IMG/VR virus record: IMGVR_UViG_3300028581_000024
Coordinates: 28,063 to 92,062 of that record
Direction: 5' to 3' (one strand)
Source of the DNA: a virus
DNA: 64,000 nt
Both the position numbers and the translations under genes were made by a program. Of the stretch, positions 29,244 to 39,512 are shown piece by piece; positions within the stretch are counted from its first letter, which is position 1; every line of letters starts with the position of its first letter. The notes below the pieces were generated by a model. That model did no database searches. It worked only from the letters and a program-made list of their open reading frames with translations, and was not told the origin of the DNA.

Positions 29244-29987
29244 TTAAGTATTATAGTCATCATAATCGATTTTTCTACAATTATACTTCTGCCACACGTG
29301 AGATAAGTCTTGTTTGTATGATTGTGGGTCAATGAAACCTGCATTAGCAAAGCCTTTAATACGCAAAGCGCTGCTTGCAGAATTAGCATCCGCTTCAGTT
29401 TCTCCTGAATAGCAAGTATATGTCTTACTAAATTTAACTTTTAACCTTACACCCTCTTTAATAATGTCAGCCTTGACCATCTTTATTAACGGTGCTTCTA
29501 TTTTAATTTGAACTTCACGATTTAGCGCAAGCACATCGTTAATCGTAGGCAAAAATTCTGGACTTGCATCCCAATAACCGGCCAAGCTGTCAACTCCCGT
29601 CGCGCCATGATATACTTTAACCGCACCCACCGCTTCAGCATAAGCAGCAGCAACACTCAAAAACATCATGTTACGGTTAGGCACATACGACTTGGGTTGC
29701 GCCTCACCAGCAACCTCTCTTATATCAGGCGTATCAATATCATTGTTTGTAAGGCTGCTTGTTGGAGCTATATCTCTTATAAACCGTACATCAATAGTCT
29801 TAAACGCACCGCATTTTTTTTCATTGGCATGGTATGCTGCTAATTCCAATTCACGTAAATGGCGTTGACCATAATTAAAGGCAATTGCAAATACATTCTC
29901 TGATCCCGCCTCTTCACATGCTTTGTATAACAAAACTGTGCTATCCATTCCACCACTTATTGGAATTACAATTTTATTTTGGCTCAT
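29244..29987 (-). CDS. queC: 7-cyano-7-deazaguanine synthase QueC (atypical Zn site)
   Basis: SGGMDS, FNYGQRH..EL, YVPNRN, Y.D...F, APL...K..I, TYTCY. Confidence 0.92.
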   Translation of the reverse strand: MSQNKIVIPISGGMDSTVLLYKACEEAGSENVFAIAFNYGQRHLRELELAAYHANEKKCGAFKTIDVRFIRDIAPTSSLTNNDIDTPDIREVAGEAQPKSYVPNRNMMFLSVAAAYAEAVGAVKVYHGATGVDSLAGYWDASPEFLPTINDVLALNREVQIKIEAPLIKMVKADIIKEGVRLKVKFSKTYTCYSGETEADANSASSALRIKGFANAGFIDPQSYKQDLSHVWQKYNCRKIDYDDYNT

Positions 29988-30465
29988 GAGATATTTTTGT
30001 AAGTTCTGGCGAATATTGTGGAATTATTACACCATCTTGTGCATCTTTTATATTCTCAAATTTTGCTGTACGTGCTCTTAGCTCGCTCGAGGAGTATACA
30101 TGCTGTCTTTTATGGTAAAAAAGCTCAATACCATTTTCAATACAATACTGTTTGCCAGTAAAGTCTCGATCTTTATATTCCTCACTTAAGAAGCGAATGT
30201 GTATTGTTTGTGTCTTAAGAAGTTGGAGCAAATCAAACTCCGTTTCATAAACAATTATTTCATCAACATATCGACATGCTTGTAATTGTACAAATCGTTC
30301 ATAAGAACTTTGCACAGGCCTATTTTTTATACCAGGCCTATCAATTGTTGGGTCTATCTGTAAAGCAGCAATCAAATGATCGCAATGCTGCTTTTCCATC
30401 TTTAGCATCGTTACATGACCAGCATGCAACAAGTCAAAGGAACTACAGTTAAACCCTATTTTCAC
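29974..30465 (-). CDS. cytidylyltransferase (TagD / glycerol-3-phosphate CTase-like)
   Basis: FDLLHAGH, K.RPVQ...ER, YVDE, RQHVYSSSELR. Confidence 0.85.
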   Translation of the reverse strand: MKIGFNCSSFDLLHAGHVTMLKMEKQHCDHLIAALQIDPTIDRPGIKNRPVQSSYERFVQLQACRYVDEIIVYETEFDLLQLLKTQTIHIRFLSEEYKDRDFTGKQYCIENGIELFYHKRQHVYSSSELRARTAKFENIKDAQDGVIIPQYSPELTKISHEPK

Positions 30466-31589
30466 ACGTCTTCTTTTGAAGATTTAGCAGCTTTTGTACT
30501 CTTAGGGGACTCCACAACAACGTCCCCAGTAGCATTACCATACTTGTAAGCAGCTTCCAGCTTTTTATCAAGAAGCGGGATCAACTCTTCATAGAATTTT
30601 GAATCTTTAGTAAAGTTCTTTGCATACCCTAACTTAGTGCCATCAGGTTTTTGGTATGTGGCACCAGTTTGAATAATGAGGCCATGATTGACTGCCATCT
30701 CAAGCAAACCACTATATTTGTCTAAACCGGTTAGATAATTTAACTGAATACTTGCTTCTAGAAATGGTGGAACAAAACGATTTTTCACAGTTAATGCTCG
30801 CAATGTTGCACCGCTGTAGTTTTTTGCTTCTGGAAGAATAGTATCATCTTCATTATTTGCATCTTGCTTTTCATTTCTCTTGGCCAACTGTACAATGACA
30901 CTAGCCATATACAATGGACCACTACCACCACTCTGACTTTGTACTAAAGAAGGATACAATGAAGCAGGATCACTGTAAGTGTGGTTAGTCATTAAGATAG
31001 TAACACCAGCACGGCCCGCTTTATAGGTCAAAAGACGTAACAAACTCTTTAGCCCCTTCGCTCTTGTGCCCATGTCAGAAGCTCCCTTGTCTTTCTCAGC
31101 ATCAGATACTTCTTTACTACTTGCAAGATTGCCCAAGCTATCCAAGCTGATAATAAATTTACCTTGCATGTTGTGCTCAACAATACTATCAAGGAATGTA
31201 CTAATCTGATTTCGTGCATTTTCTACTGTATATACCGGCACATATTTGGTTTTATCGGGGTCTAGACCAACTCCTGCAGTGGTATTCTTATCAATGGCAA
31301 ACTCTGTATCAAAAATAACTGGAGTTATGCCCTTCTTCTGGGCAATACCAAGAATTTTATTGACCAACAGAGTTTTACCTGTCTGCGAGGGGCCAGCAAA
31401 GATAACTAGACGGCCCTTCGGGACACCACCGTCCTTTAACTTACCAGACACAATTGCGTTTAATGCATAGCACCCGGTATCATACCAAGTATCCACGTTA
31501 CAAAGCGCATTCTCCGAGAGAAATGTTGCTTCTGGGTTAAGCGCGTCTAACGATTTAAATGCTCTTGAGAGTATTTCGTCTTGGTTCAT
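30462..31589 (-). CDS. uvsX: RecA-like recombinase UvsX
   Basis: GPSQTGKT, FDTE, LDSLGNL, DMGTRAK, TNHTY, SGGSG, KNRF. Confidence 0.93.
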   Translation of the reverse strand: MNQDEILSRAFKSLDALNPEATFLSENALCNVDTWYDTGCYALNAIVSGKLKDGGVPKGRLVIFAGPSQTGKTLLVNKILGIAQKKGITPVIFDTEFAIDKNTTAGVGLDPDKTKYVPVYTVENARNQISTFLDSIVEHNMQGKFIISLDSLGNLASSKEVSDAEKDKGASDMGTRAKGLKSLLRLLTYKAGRAGVTILMTNHTYSDPASLYPSLVQSQSGGSGPLYMASVIVQLAKRNEKQDANNEDDTILPEAKNYSGATLRALTVKNRFVPPFLEASIQLNYLTGLDKYSGLLEMAVNHGLIIQTGATYQKPDGTKLGYAKNFTKDSKFYEELIPLLDKKLEAAYKYGNATGDVVVESPKSTKAAKSSKEDV

Positions 31590-31942
31590 TATTCGTCAAA
31601 TAGCTTAATTACTGGTGCGTCTTTGCCTTTGCCTTCGTTAACCGGCTTTGCAGCGGCAAAGATTCTTGTATACTGTTCGCCGATCTTTGGATCTAGCTTT
31701 ACAGCAGACGTGACAATGCTATTTTTCGAGAAATTAAATACTGCTCCTTCATTTCTCGATTTCTCCTCAATAAATTCCTTAAAAAATAATGGAATCAATT
31801 GAACTTGTAATTGTCCGCTCTGATTAGGGCTAACATGAAGTACTGCTGGATTCTTTACAGAAAGACCAGCTGCATCTTCAGATACCTTCTCAGCTAGGAC
31901 TGTTTGACCGACATGATTAATGAATACTGTTATATTGCTCAT
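31589..31942 (-). CDS. hypothetical protein (small beta-rich, first gene of uvsX operon)
   Basis: 117 aa; promoter TTGATT-16-TATATT-6-ATG. Confidence 0.55.
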   Translation of the reverse strand: MSNITVFINHVGQTVLAEKVSEDAAGLSVKNPAVLHVSPNQSGQLQVQLIPLFFKEFIEEKSRNEGAVFNFSKNSIVTSAVKLDPKIGEQYTRIFAAAKPVNEGKGKDAPVIKLFDE

Positions 31943-31948
31943 AAGATT

Positions 31949-31976
31949 AATATAATGGCTCTTTTGAGAAAATCAA
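31949..31976 (-). promoter_or_regulatory. sigma70-like promoter of uvsX-CTase-queC-GATase operon
   Basis: TTGATT (contains pol stop TGA)-N16-TATATT, 6 nt to ATG. Confidence 0.7.
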
Positions 31977-34564
31977 GCACCAAGTAGCTCAAAAAGATCA
32001 CATTGTGTGGCTTCACCGGGTTTTCTTGGTGACCAACTAACACATTCATAAAATCTTTCTACAGCACTATAGATAATTTTTTCAAACATTAGCTCTGTAT
32101 CTGGCTGGAAGATCTTCTCAAACTCTTCAGGGTAATAATATTTGTAAGCAATTGCATTAATACCGTATCTATTCGGCTGCTTTACATAAAAATATCTAAT
32201 CTTGTCACCACTACCAATAGATTCATATTTTTTATCTACGTTAAGGGTCTTCAGAAGCATATTATGGTGATATGCTGCTTTTACGTGTATAGGCATTGAC
32301 TTGACCGTCCTAAACCCATCACATTTACTAGAATACTTCTCATACCCTTTCAATCCTGTTACGAAAGAAAAATCGCTAATCGGAAGCCCTTGGAACACAT
32401 CATAAGCCTCTGTAATCACTTCATTAGTCTTTTGCTGATCTTGTGTGAGTAACATAGTCTCTACAATTTTCTTAGCTAGCGGCTTGATTGGAGCAGGCAT
32501 AGTAGTACGGGCAATCTCTACACCTGTGTACTTGAACTTATTACATGGTATACCCTCTTCATCTAGCACACGAATAACATAGCGTTTTTTCTGTAAAAAT
32601 AGACCAACATCACAAATTACCTCACGCTTAAAAGTAATTCTACTATCAAGACTGTTGAGATTTTTTTCACACCATACTTGTATTTGCTGATTGAGATGCG
32701 TTTCAATACCATTTACTAAATTATGAAATTCTGGTGTAATTTTAGACTTACTGTCTATCGCATTAATATTGAGAGTCTTGACTAAGCTCTCTAGAGAAAT
32801 ATAACTAGAATCCGTATCATTATAGATAATTGGCGTATTTTTTTCAATCTCTTCAGCACTTAATCCAGACTTTTGTTGGATATAATCTGTTAAAATCTTA
32901 TTGCCCTGTTTAATAACCGCTTGACCAGTCAGAGTAATGCTTCTGGCCAAATCATCATCGCCTAGAGGGAAAACCTTATTACCTAACGCACCGTAGACCG
33001 TATTAATAAAAATCTTGATTGTATGTTGTTTGATATTCAAAACAGAGAGTTTGTCTTTCAGTTCTTGATACATAGGGTCCTTTTTATCTAGTTCTGATAA
33101 TTGTCTCTTAATTTTCTTATGCTCCTTTCTCACCTGCACACGAAGCTTATAGTACTGGTCAACCATTTCCGGTATAATGCCCTTATGCTTCTGACTAAAG
33201 AGTACTTTTGCTTTACTGATAGCTAACTTTTCCTCTTGAACAAGCTTTGCAAACTTAGCCATAGGAACAACTACCGTTCTACTATTAACATCACGAATAG
33301 TAACATCTTTATCCGTTTGTGATTCTATTACACCCATCTTAGTTTCAGGTGAAAGATTGAGAGTAATCATAACAGATGGGTACAGGCTATTGGCGTCAAA
33401 ACTCACAATGTATTTTTGAAATCCACGCTTTGGATCCCCGACATACGCACCTTCATTCTGCTTACCGTCATCCGCACCACGTATAAAAGTAGGTATTTTT
33501 TTATTTCTATAGCGTGCTCGAATAGCACATGCACCAATAATTACACTCATACTGCCCATCGCAGCTTCCATGGTCGTCAAGCCGGTATAACTTAGCATTC
33601 GGAGTAGTTCAAAGTATTGCAGCTTTTCTTCAAGCTTAATCAAAAGTCGAACGTCTTGTACGTTATATTCAACAAAGGTATCCCAATCTGTGTCGGCCAG
33701 AGTACTTAAGTTAGTATTACCAAAATCTATTTTAGATTCTCCTAACTCAATTATGGCAATATTATTAAGCTTATAGTTTTCTCGCAAAACCATGCAAAAT
33801 CTCTTGTAAATATCAAGATAATCTAAACAAGAGATACCGTCTATATACCATCGAACCTGCTCTCTACCGAACTGGCCTTTCAGGGTTCTACTATGGACTC
33901 TACCCATGGGGCTCAGGCGACGCACCGTGTCATCATCAAACAACACCCTGATGCGATTAATTAAATACGGTAAGTCAAACAAAATAGAATTCCAACCCAA
34001 GAGTACATCTGGATAGTCACTCTCTATATATGTAATGAACTTTAAAAACATTTCTTTTTCTGTTTTACAGAAGTAGAATTTATGATCCGCAGCAGTCTTG
34101 GTATAAGGTTTTGTACCCCAGGTTATGTACTTTTTACTTAGACTGTCATAAATTGTAATAACATTTACAGCATGATTAGCTGTCTCTACATTAGGAAAGT
34201 CATCAACAGAATATGTTTCGATATCAAGAAAGAATAGCTTAAGAGGGAACCTTGAAAACTCTGTCGATTCATTATGTTCCCAGAAATTATCAATTAAAAA
34301 TTGCTGACCTGGTGAAAGATTTTCAAATACTCTAACTGTATCTGTTTCTTTTAAATATTTTGACTTTTCAAATTGATTCTTAAAAACTTTTTTCTTAAGA
34401 TTAGTATTGAAGATACTAACTGCGTCCTTTGCATTGTTAGATTCTAGGTAAATATAGGGCTTGAATGTAGAATCAATAGCAATTCTATTACCTGATGCAT
34501 CCCAGGTGAACAGCCGAATAAGCTCCTGCCTAGGGTCGTATGCAATATTTCTATAGCCTATCAT
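31973..34564 (-). CDS. gp43: family B DNA polymerase
   Basis: DIET exo I, GWNS..FD, YNVQD, SFDANSLYPS, K...N..YG, YNDTDS, KKRY. Confidence 0.97.
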   Translation of the reverse strand: MIGYRNIAYDPRQELIRLFTWDASGNRIAIDSTFKPYIYLESNNAKDAVSIFNTNLKKKVFKNQFEKSKYLKETDTVRVFENLSPGQQFLIDNFWEHNESTEFSRFPLKLFFLDIETYSVDDFPNVETANHAVNVITIYDSLSKKYITWGTKPYTKTAADHKFYFCKTEKEMFLKFITYIESDYPDVLLGWNSILFDLPYLINRIRVLFDDDTVRRLSPMGRVHSRTLKGQFGREQVRWYIDGISCLDYLDIYKRFCMVLRENYKLNNIAIIELGESKIDFGNTNLSTLADTDWDTFVEYNVQDVRLLIKLEEKLQYFELLRMLSYTGLTTMEAAMGSMSVIIGACAIRARYRNKKIPTFIRGADDGKQNEGAYVGDPKRGFQKYIVSFDANSLYPSVMITLNLSPETKMGVIESQTDKDVTIRDVNSRTVVVPMAKFAKLVQEEKLAISKAKVLFSQKHKGIIPEMVDQYYKLRVQVRKEHKKIKRQLSELDKKDPMYQELKDKLSVLNIKQHTIKIFINTVYGALGNKVFPLGDDDLARSITLTGQAVIKQGNKILTDYIQQKSGLSAEEIEKNTPIIYNDTDSSYISLESLVKTLNINAIDSKSKITPEFHNLVNGIETHLNQQIQVWCEKNLNSLDSRITFKREVICDVGLFLQKKRYVIRVLDEEGIPCNKFKYTGVEIARTTMPAPIKPLAKKIVETMLLTQDQQKTNEVITEAYDVFQGLPISDFSFVTGLKGYEKYSSKCDGFRTVKSMPIHVKAAYHHNMLLKTLNVDKKYESIGSGDKIRYFYVKQPNRYGINAIAYKYYYPEEFEKIFQPDTELMFEKIIYSAVERFYECVSWSPRKPGEATQCDLFELLGA

Positions 34565-34570
34565 CTTTTT

Positions 34571-34598
34571 ATTATAATGGAACTTCTGTATTTGGCAA
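34571..34598 (-). promoter_or_regulatory. sigma70-like early/middle promoter of DNA polymerase
   Basis: TTGCCA-N16-TATAAT, 6 nt to ATG. Confidence 0.75.
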
Positions 34599-34610
34599 AT
34601 AAATTATTAT

Positions 34611-34802
34611 ATGGAAAAAATCATGCAATTCTTTAATTTTGAATTACCTTGTCCATCAGAAATACCGGAGTGTGATCGTGTCCGAATTGAATATGTAGAT
34701 GAGCTCAATAATTTAAAACGCCAAGGTGGTTGTGGCAGATGTGCAGAAAATACGTTAAAAAATAAATTTATTATTCGGCTTCAAGCTATACTTAAGTCGT
34801 AA
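34611..34802 (+). CDS. small Cys-containing hypothetical protein
   Basis: 63 aa; CPSEIPEC...GCGRC; fills the gap between pol and glycosyltransferase. Confidence 0.45.
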   Translation: MEKIMQFFNFELPCPSEIPECDRVRIEYVDELNNLKRQGGCGRCAENTLKNKFIIRLQAILKS

Positions 34803-36033
34803 TATTATTAATTTTATTTAACTTCTTGCGCTCTGGGCTACCGTACGGGTATTTAAATAGTTCTTCGTAGCAATCTATATTATCCTCCATCCATCGGGCT
34901 TCGGCCCTCTTATATGCAGCTGCGCACAAATTCATATATCTGCCCTTCTTGCTTAAAACATCGCGAATTACCTTAATCATTTCTTCGCCTGTCTTAAATT
35001 TAAATTCTGCATCTTTATATGTACATAGATCTTGACACGCGATTGGTAATCCCAAGCAATTGGCCTCGATCCACTTTAGATCTGATTTACTCTTATTAAA
35101 AGTATTATCTTGTAAGGGGGCAACTAGCATATTAATTCTAAGATTTTTTAGCTTTTCACCGTAATGGTAGAGATTTATCCATGGATGGAATTCAACTAAT
35201 CCTTGTTCAACTAAAGGTCGAAGAGGGAGAGGGAACGCACCGAGAAACACCCACTGAAACTCTCTATGAGTCTCGTATATAGCCTTAATGACATGGGCAA
35301 AATCGTCATTTTGATTCACCCGATTTTCCACATCAAAATGTGCTCCAGAGCCTGCATATAGAATTCTAGGCTTACTCTTATGAGCGTCATAGTTACTGCT
35401 TATTGTCTTCTCATCATAAAGTCTTCCGAGCCAAAACTTTGGTGGGAAGTTAGGTATAACTGTTACACATTTATGCCCCGTCTTTTCTTTGTAATACTCC
35501 TTCATGAAATCACAGGTCACAGTTATCTCATCACATAGAGACATAATCTCTTGCGCATTCTTACGAATCTCTGGATCCACGAAAGCGGTCTTAAATTTGT
35601 TATAATCGGGGATATCTTCACTAAACACAAGATCATCTATTTCGTATACAATTCTAAATCCATGTATCTTTGATACGTCTCTTAAGAATTTAACAAACTG
35701 TAATTGTGAAGCTGTGGCTTGTCGCTGTACTCTGACAACCTTGACGTTTGTATACCAGCGAGGGTCTAAAACCATAACTGTACTGCCGTGCACGGTTATG
35801 CTGCCAAAAGCATTCAAAAGCTGTTCCGGCCAAAGCATACGCCAGAAGCCGCACCCAGAATAATCTGCATAATACTGCACCACGCGTGGTAGGTTCACAT
35901 CAGCAGGTGGTGTGTTATCGGCTTGTAAGGTGGGCGCTTGACCAGGCATTGGCGCAGCTAAAGAACCGGCAAGCGGTACAATTTGGGGTATATTTCTTAA
36001 AAAAGGGGAAGCAAACTCACCAGTATTAAACAT
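34792..36033 (-). CDS. GT-B (GT4-like) glycosyltransferase in replication module
   Basis: ADYSGCGFWRMLWP, YEIDD, VIPN, APLQDNTFNKSKSDLKWIEA. Confidence 0.75.
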   Translation of the reverse strand: MFNTGEFASPFLRNIPQIVPLAGSLAAPMPGQAPTLQADNTPPADVNLPRVVQYYADYSGCGFWRMLWPEQLLNAFGSITVHGSTVMVLDPRWYTNVKVVRVQRQATASQLQFVKFLRDVSKIHGFRIVYEIDDLVFSEDIPDYNKFKTAFVDPEIRKNAQEIMSLCDEITVTCDFMKEYYKEKTGHKCVTVIPNFPPKFWLGRLYDEKTISSNYDAHKSKPRILYAGSGAHFDVENRVNQNDDFAHVIKAIYETHREFQWVFLGAFPLPLRPLVEQGLVEFHPWINLYHYGEKLKNLRINMLVAPLQDNTFNKSKSDLKWIEANCLGLPIACQDLCTYKDAEFKFKTGEEMIKVIRDVLSKKGRYMNLCAAAYKRAEARWMEDNIDCYEELFKYPYGSPERKKLNKINNITT

Positions 36034-36063
36034 ATACTATATCTATAATAATCTAACAAAAAA

Positions 36064-37866
36064 TCAAGTAGTTTGTGTAGAGAGAGTTGTGATCCCGTTT
36101 CTCTTCTCGAGAAAGATCAAATCACCAGTTACAAACCGGGCGCACTCTTTTCTATGTGATATAACATATACACCAAAGTTATTTTTATTTACAAATTCAT
36201 TCAAAAGACTGAGAACTAGTTCGACACCTGTTTCATCTAAGCTAGTATCAAGTAATTCATCATAGAATTGTATATTATAAAAGATATTACCCTGTAGTCG
36301 TAACATATCAATAAATGCAAACATAATAGCTAAGTCTATTGCTTTACGCTCTGCACCGCTAAAATTAAAGTAACTTGTAAGTTTGCCTTTATCGTTAATA
36401 ATCTGATCCTCAAAGTACTCATTAAATGAAATAATAGCTGTGGAATTAAGCTTACTGAGATAATAGGTAAGCTTACTATTAAACAAATCTAATATACGCC
36501 TTACAATAAAACTCTTTACCCCCTCTTCACTTACTACAAATTTCACCGTATCCATCAAATTTAGTACTTTCTTAAATCCCTCTACCTTCTCCTGCAAGGT
36601 TCCCAATTTTTGTGTAGCCTCTTCAATCATAGTTGTAAGGCCTGTACTTGTATCGGTAAGATGCTGCAAGTCTTGATCTACTTGTTTGTTGTAATCCTCC
36701 AACTGCTTGACACGCTTTTCGTCGTGTAACTTTTGCTGTGCTTGTAACTTACTTTGATTGATATTATTTTGACCCTTTTTAATCGCATCGTTTACTTTCG
36801 TTTTAAGAGTATTGATCTCACTTATCTTTGACTCTAGCGCTTTAATTTCAGTCTCCTGCGATTTAATTTGTTTCTTGTAATTTTCCTTACTCTCTTTAAT
36901 ATGTTTTGTATCGTGTTCAGTAATAGACTTCAAGCAAGTCGGGCACGTATCCTTATCAGTACCAATTTTACTCATTGTTGTGAAGCAGAACTCATTTGTT
37001 GTTTCTAGTGAAGCGACCTGTTTGCCTAGCTCTTGTATTTGATCATCGCATTCAGCTATTTTTTTAGTAAGCAAAGTTATATTTTTAGTTACATCATCTA
37101 CATCAATAGACTTAATATTCTCGAGCTTCTTTGTTAAGACAGCTAACTCCTTTGTATTATCTACACGTCTTTTTTCGAGTAAAGCTTTTCGGTTTGTATA
37201 CTCGGTATGTGCCTTTATTTGTTGTTCTTTTAGTCCATCAACTACCCGGCGGACCTCTTCTTCTCGAGCTGATTCAGTATCTAAGTCTTTCTTAACATCT
37301 GATTGTTCTTCGCGAAGTTCATTAAGCATCTTACTGAAAATTTCTAGATTAAAAATACCCTCAATAAATTTACGCTTCTCATTTTTCTTTTTAGCCATGA
37401 AAGGTACGGTATTATTAACAGTCATTATAACACAGTTTTGAAATAATTCTGAATTACATTCTATAAGCTGAGAAATATACTCTGTTGTATTAACAATACT
37501 ATCTCTGGTTATGTCTCGTTGATTATGGTATAGGAAACACTTACTTGGTTCTAATGTACGGACAATTTCATAGCTCTCTACACTTTCACCGTTTATAATA
37601 CTAAACGATAAAGCAACTTCACACGTTTTACCTGTTATATTATTAATAATAAATTCTTTTTTAAGCTCACGAATAGTAGTACCAAATAAAGCAAAATGTA
37701 CAGCATCGGGTACAGTGCTTTTACCCACACCATTACGCCTATCAATCTGATCGCGATTAATACCAGTAATACCATGTAACCCGGGCTTAAAAGATATAAT
37801 AACTGGTGTATTACCCACACTAAGAAAGTTCTTTATAATCAATTTATCAAAAATAACCTTTTTCAT
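36064..37866 (-). CDS. gp46: recombination endonuclease ATPase subunit (gp46 / SbcC / Rad50)
   Basis: KNFLSVG, NGVGKS, CPTC zinc hook, FSGAE signature, FYDE, ISH. Confidence 0.95.
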   Translation of the reverse strand: MKKVIFDKLIIKNFLSVGNTPVIISFKPGLHGITGINRDQIDRRNGVGKSTVPDAVHFALFGTTIRELKKEFIINNITGKTCEVALSFSIINGESVESYEIVRTLEPSKCFLYHNQRDITRDSIVNTTEYISQLIECNSELFQNCVIMTVNNTVPFMAKKKNEKRKFIEGIFNLEIFSKMLNELREEQSDVKKDLDTESAREEEVRRVVDGLKEQQIKAHTEYTNRKALLEKRRVDNTKELAVLTKKLENIKSIDVDDVTKNITLLTKKIAECDDQIQELGKQVASLETTNEFCFTTMSKIGTDKDTCPTCLKSITEHDTKHIKESKENYKKQIKSQETEIKALESKISEINTLKTKVNDAIKKGQNNINQSKLQAQQKLHDEKRVKQLEDYNKQVDQDLQHLTDTSTGLTTMIEEATQKLGTLQEKVEGFKKVLNLMDTVKFVVSEEGVKSFIVRRILDLFNSKLTYYLSKLNSTAIISFNEYFEDQIINDKGKLTSYFNFSGAERKAIDLAIMFAFIDMLRLQGNIFYNIQFYDELLDTSLDETGVELVLSLLNEFVNKNNFGVYVISHRKECARFVTGDLIFLEKRNGITTLSTQTT

Positions 37867-38906
37867 TTACAACTATTATAAAGCGATACTGTATACTCTA
37901 TAACCTCCTTCTTATTTTGAATATCTAACAAATTAACAAAATCAGAAATTGCTTGACCAATATCTACACCGCTCAAGTCAACCTCACTTTGACAAGCTTT
38001 ACCGAGCTGATCAAATGTAGCTATATGATCTACAACTAAGCTCAGCGGAGTTACTGTGTTGATCTTAGTTGTAATCTTCTCAAGATCGCTACTATCAATG
38101 GTCTTATCAATGGATAATTTAACAATATTATTACTAAGAAGCTTTTTAGCTTCCGATTTAAAATCTTTAAGTTTTATAAGATCAGACAAAGAGACCTTTA
38201 TATGTTGTGGTGATATTGTATTAGGAAAAAACTCATACTTTAAATTATTGAAATCCATTATGTAATACCCTTTTGTTGAACCGGTATCACCAAAATCAAG
38301 CTCGAAAGGCGATCCAACATATAGAATTGTACCTTTTTCATACACTCTCTCTTCTCTTAAATGAAAGTGACCGGAGACCACAAAGGGGGCATATTTAAAT
38401 AAATCCGCAGACTTAAACCCCTCATCGCATACCTTGAAGGTATTCATCTTGAAGCTCTCAATTTCAAAATGACCAAACATAATATCGCAGCTCTGTAAAT
38501 CATTTAACCCTGTACCCCAGGGAGCAAAAAATACTTCTTTACCGTGTATTTGTTTGAGTGTAGGTTTGTCTAGAATTGTAATATTAGGTCGCCCATCTAA
38601 GATGCTAATACTATTAACACGGCTATCGTTCTTGTAGAACGAATCATGATTGCCTGTAATCATGGTTATATTGAAGTTTTTAAAAATACTAAGAATAGTA
38701 CTTGCGTGATGAAGTGTGTTTACTGTTATCTCGCTACGACTATGAAAAAAATCACCACAAAAAATTATCTGGGTAATATCCTTTTCGGTTAATTCGTTCA
38801 CCAACCATTTAGCCCACTCTAAAGATATATCATGCCACGATGGGCTGTTCAAATGAACACCCAGGTGAAGATCGGATATTATAGCTACTTTCTTATTCTG
38901 ACTCAT
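37863..38906 (-). CDS. gp47: recombination endonuclease nuclease subunit (gp47 / SbcD / Mre11)
   Basis: SDLHLG, GDFF, GNHD, GHF, SGHFH metallophosphoesterase motifs. Confidence 0.95.
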   Translation of the reverse strand: MSQNKKVAIISDLHLGVHLNSPSWHDISLEWAKWLVNELTEKDITQIIFCGDFFHSRSEITVNTLHHASTILSIFKNFNITMITGNHDSFYKNDSRVNSISILDGRPNITILDKPTLKQIHGKEVFFAPWGTGLNDLQSCDIMFGHFEIESFKMNTFKVCDEGFKSADLFKYAPFVVSGHFHLREERVYEKGTILYVGSPFELDFGDTGSTKGYYIMDFNNLKYEFFPNTISPQHIKVSLSDLIKLKDFKSEAKKLLSNNIVKLSIDKTIDSSDLEKITTKINTVTPLSLVVDHIATFDQLGKACQSEVDLSGVDIGQAISDFVNLLDIQNKKEVIEYTVSLYNSCK

Positions 38907-38915
38907 CTATAACGC

Positions 38916-39512
38916 TTAAGCGTTACTTTGATTATAAAGACTGTTATCTAGAACTCCATGATCTTTAGTACAAACTCGGATCCCGGTTTCATCTTCGTCT
39001 TTATTAATAAGACTATCGTAATTGCGTTCCCGAAAATCTGTAATTAGTTGATGATGTTTCTTTTCTTTCTTAATGCGGCTAATGAACGCATGAAATGCAA
39101 TTGTTGTGAAGTAACTAAACGGGCTAAACCCGTGATCTAATTTAAATTTCTTATATTTTAAGGCTTGGTACATCTTAACTATGGCATCGCCCATCATCTC
39201 ATCACGATAGCTGTAATTAATAAAATTAGGTGCAAAAGATAACCCATACGCTATTCGTCTTATAGCATCAGCCAAGTATTCAGTCATATTATCTGTTTTA
39301 TAAAACTGTCTAATTTCTTCTTCGAACTGCTTACTGTTTACATAGTGCGGTTTTTCAGAAGGCTTTAATTTTCGTTTCTTTCCTTTGGCAGCCCCCTCAC
39401 CGGTAAGAGTTGCTACGACAGAACTAACTATGGCCAGACTAACAGGTAGCTCTACTTCCTCTTGCTTTGCCTTTAAAAGTTTCTGCTTATTTTTTGGTTG
39501 TTTTTTTATCAT
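38916..39512 (-). CDS. gp55: late-transcription sigma factor
   Basis: HYVN, PNFINYSYRDEMMGDA, PFSYFTTIAFHAFISRIKKEKK. Confidence 0.92.
   Translation of the reverse strand: MIKKQPKNKQKLLKAKQEEVELPVSLAIVSSVVATLTGEGAAKGKKRKLKPSEKPHYVNSKQFEEEIRQFYKTDNMTEYLADAIRRIAYGLSFAPNFINYSYRDEMMGDAIVKMYQALKYKKFKLDHGFSPFSYFTTIAFHAFISRIKKEKKHHQLITDFRERNYDSLINKDEDETGIRVCTKDHGVLDNSLYNQSNA

Noticed and set aside
29241-29246. In-frame queC-TAA-ATG-GATase as a read-through fusion
   Set aside because: Ntn amidotransferases need a free N-terminal Cys and TAA is rarely read through; translational coupling is the simpler explanation.
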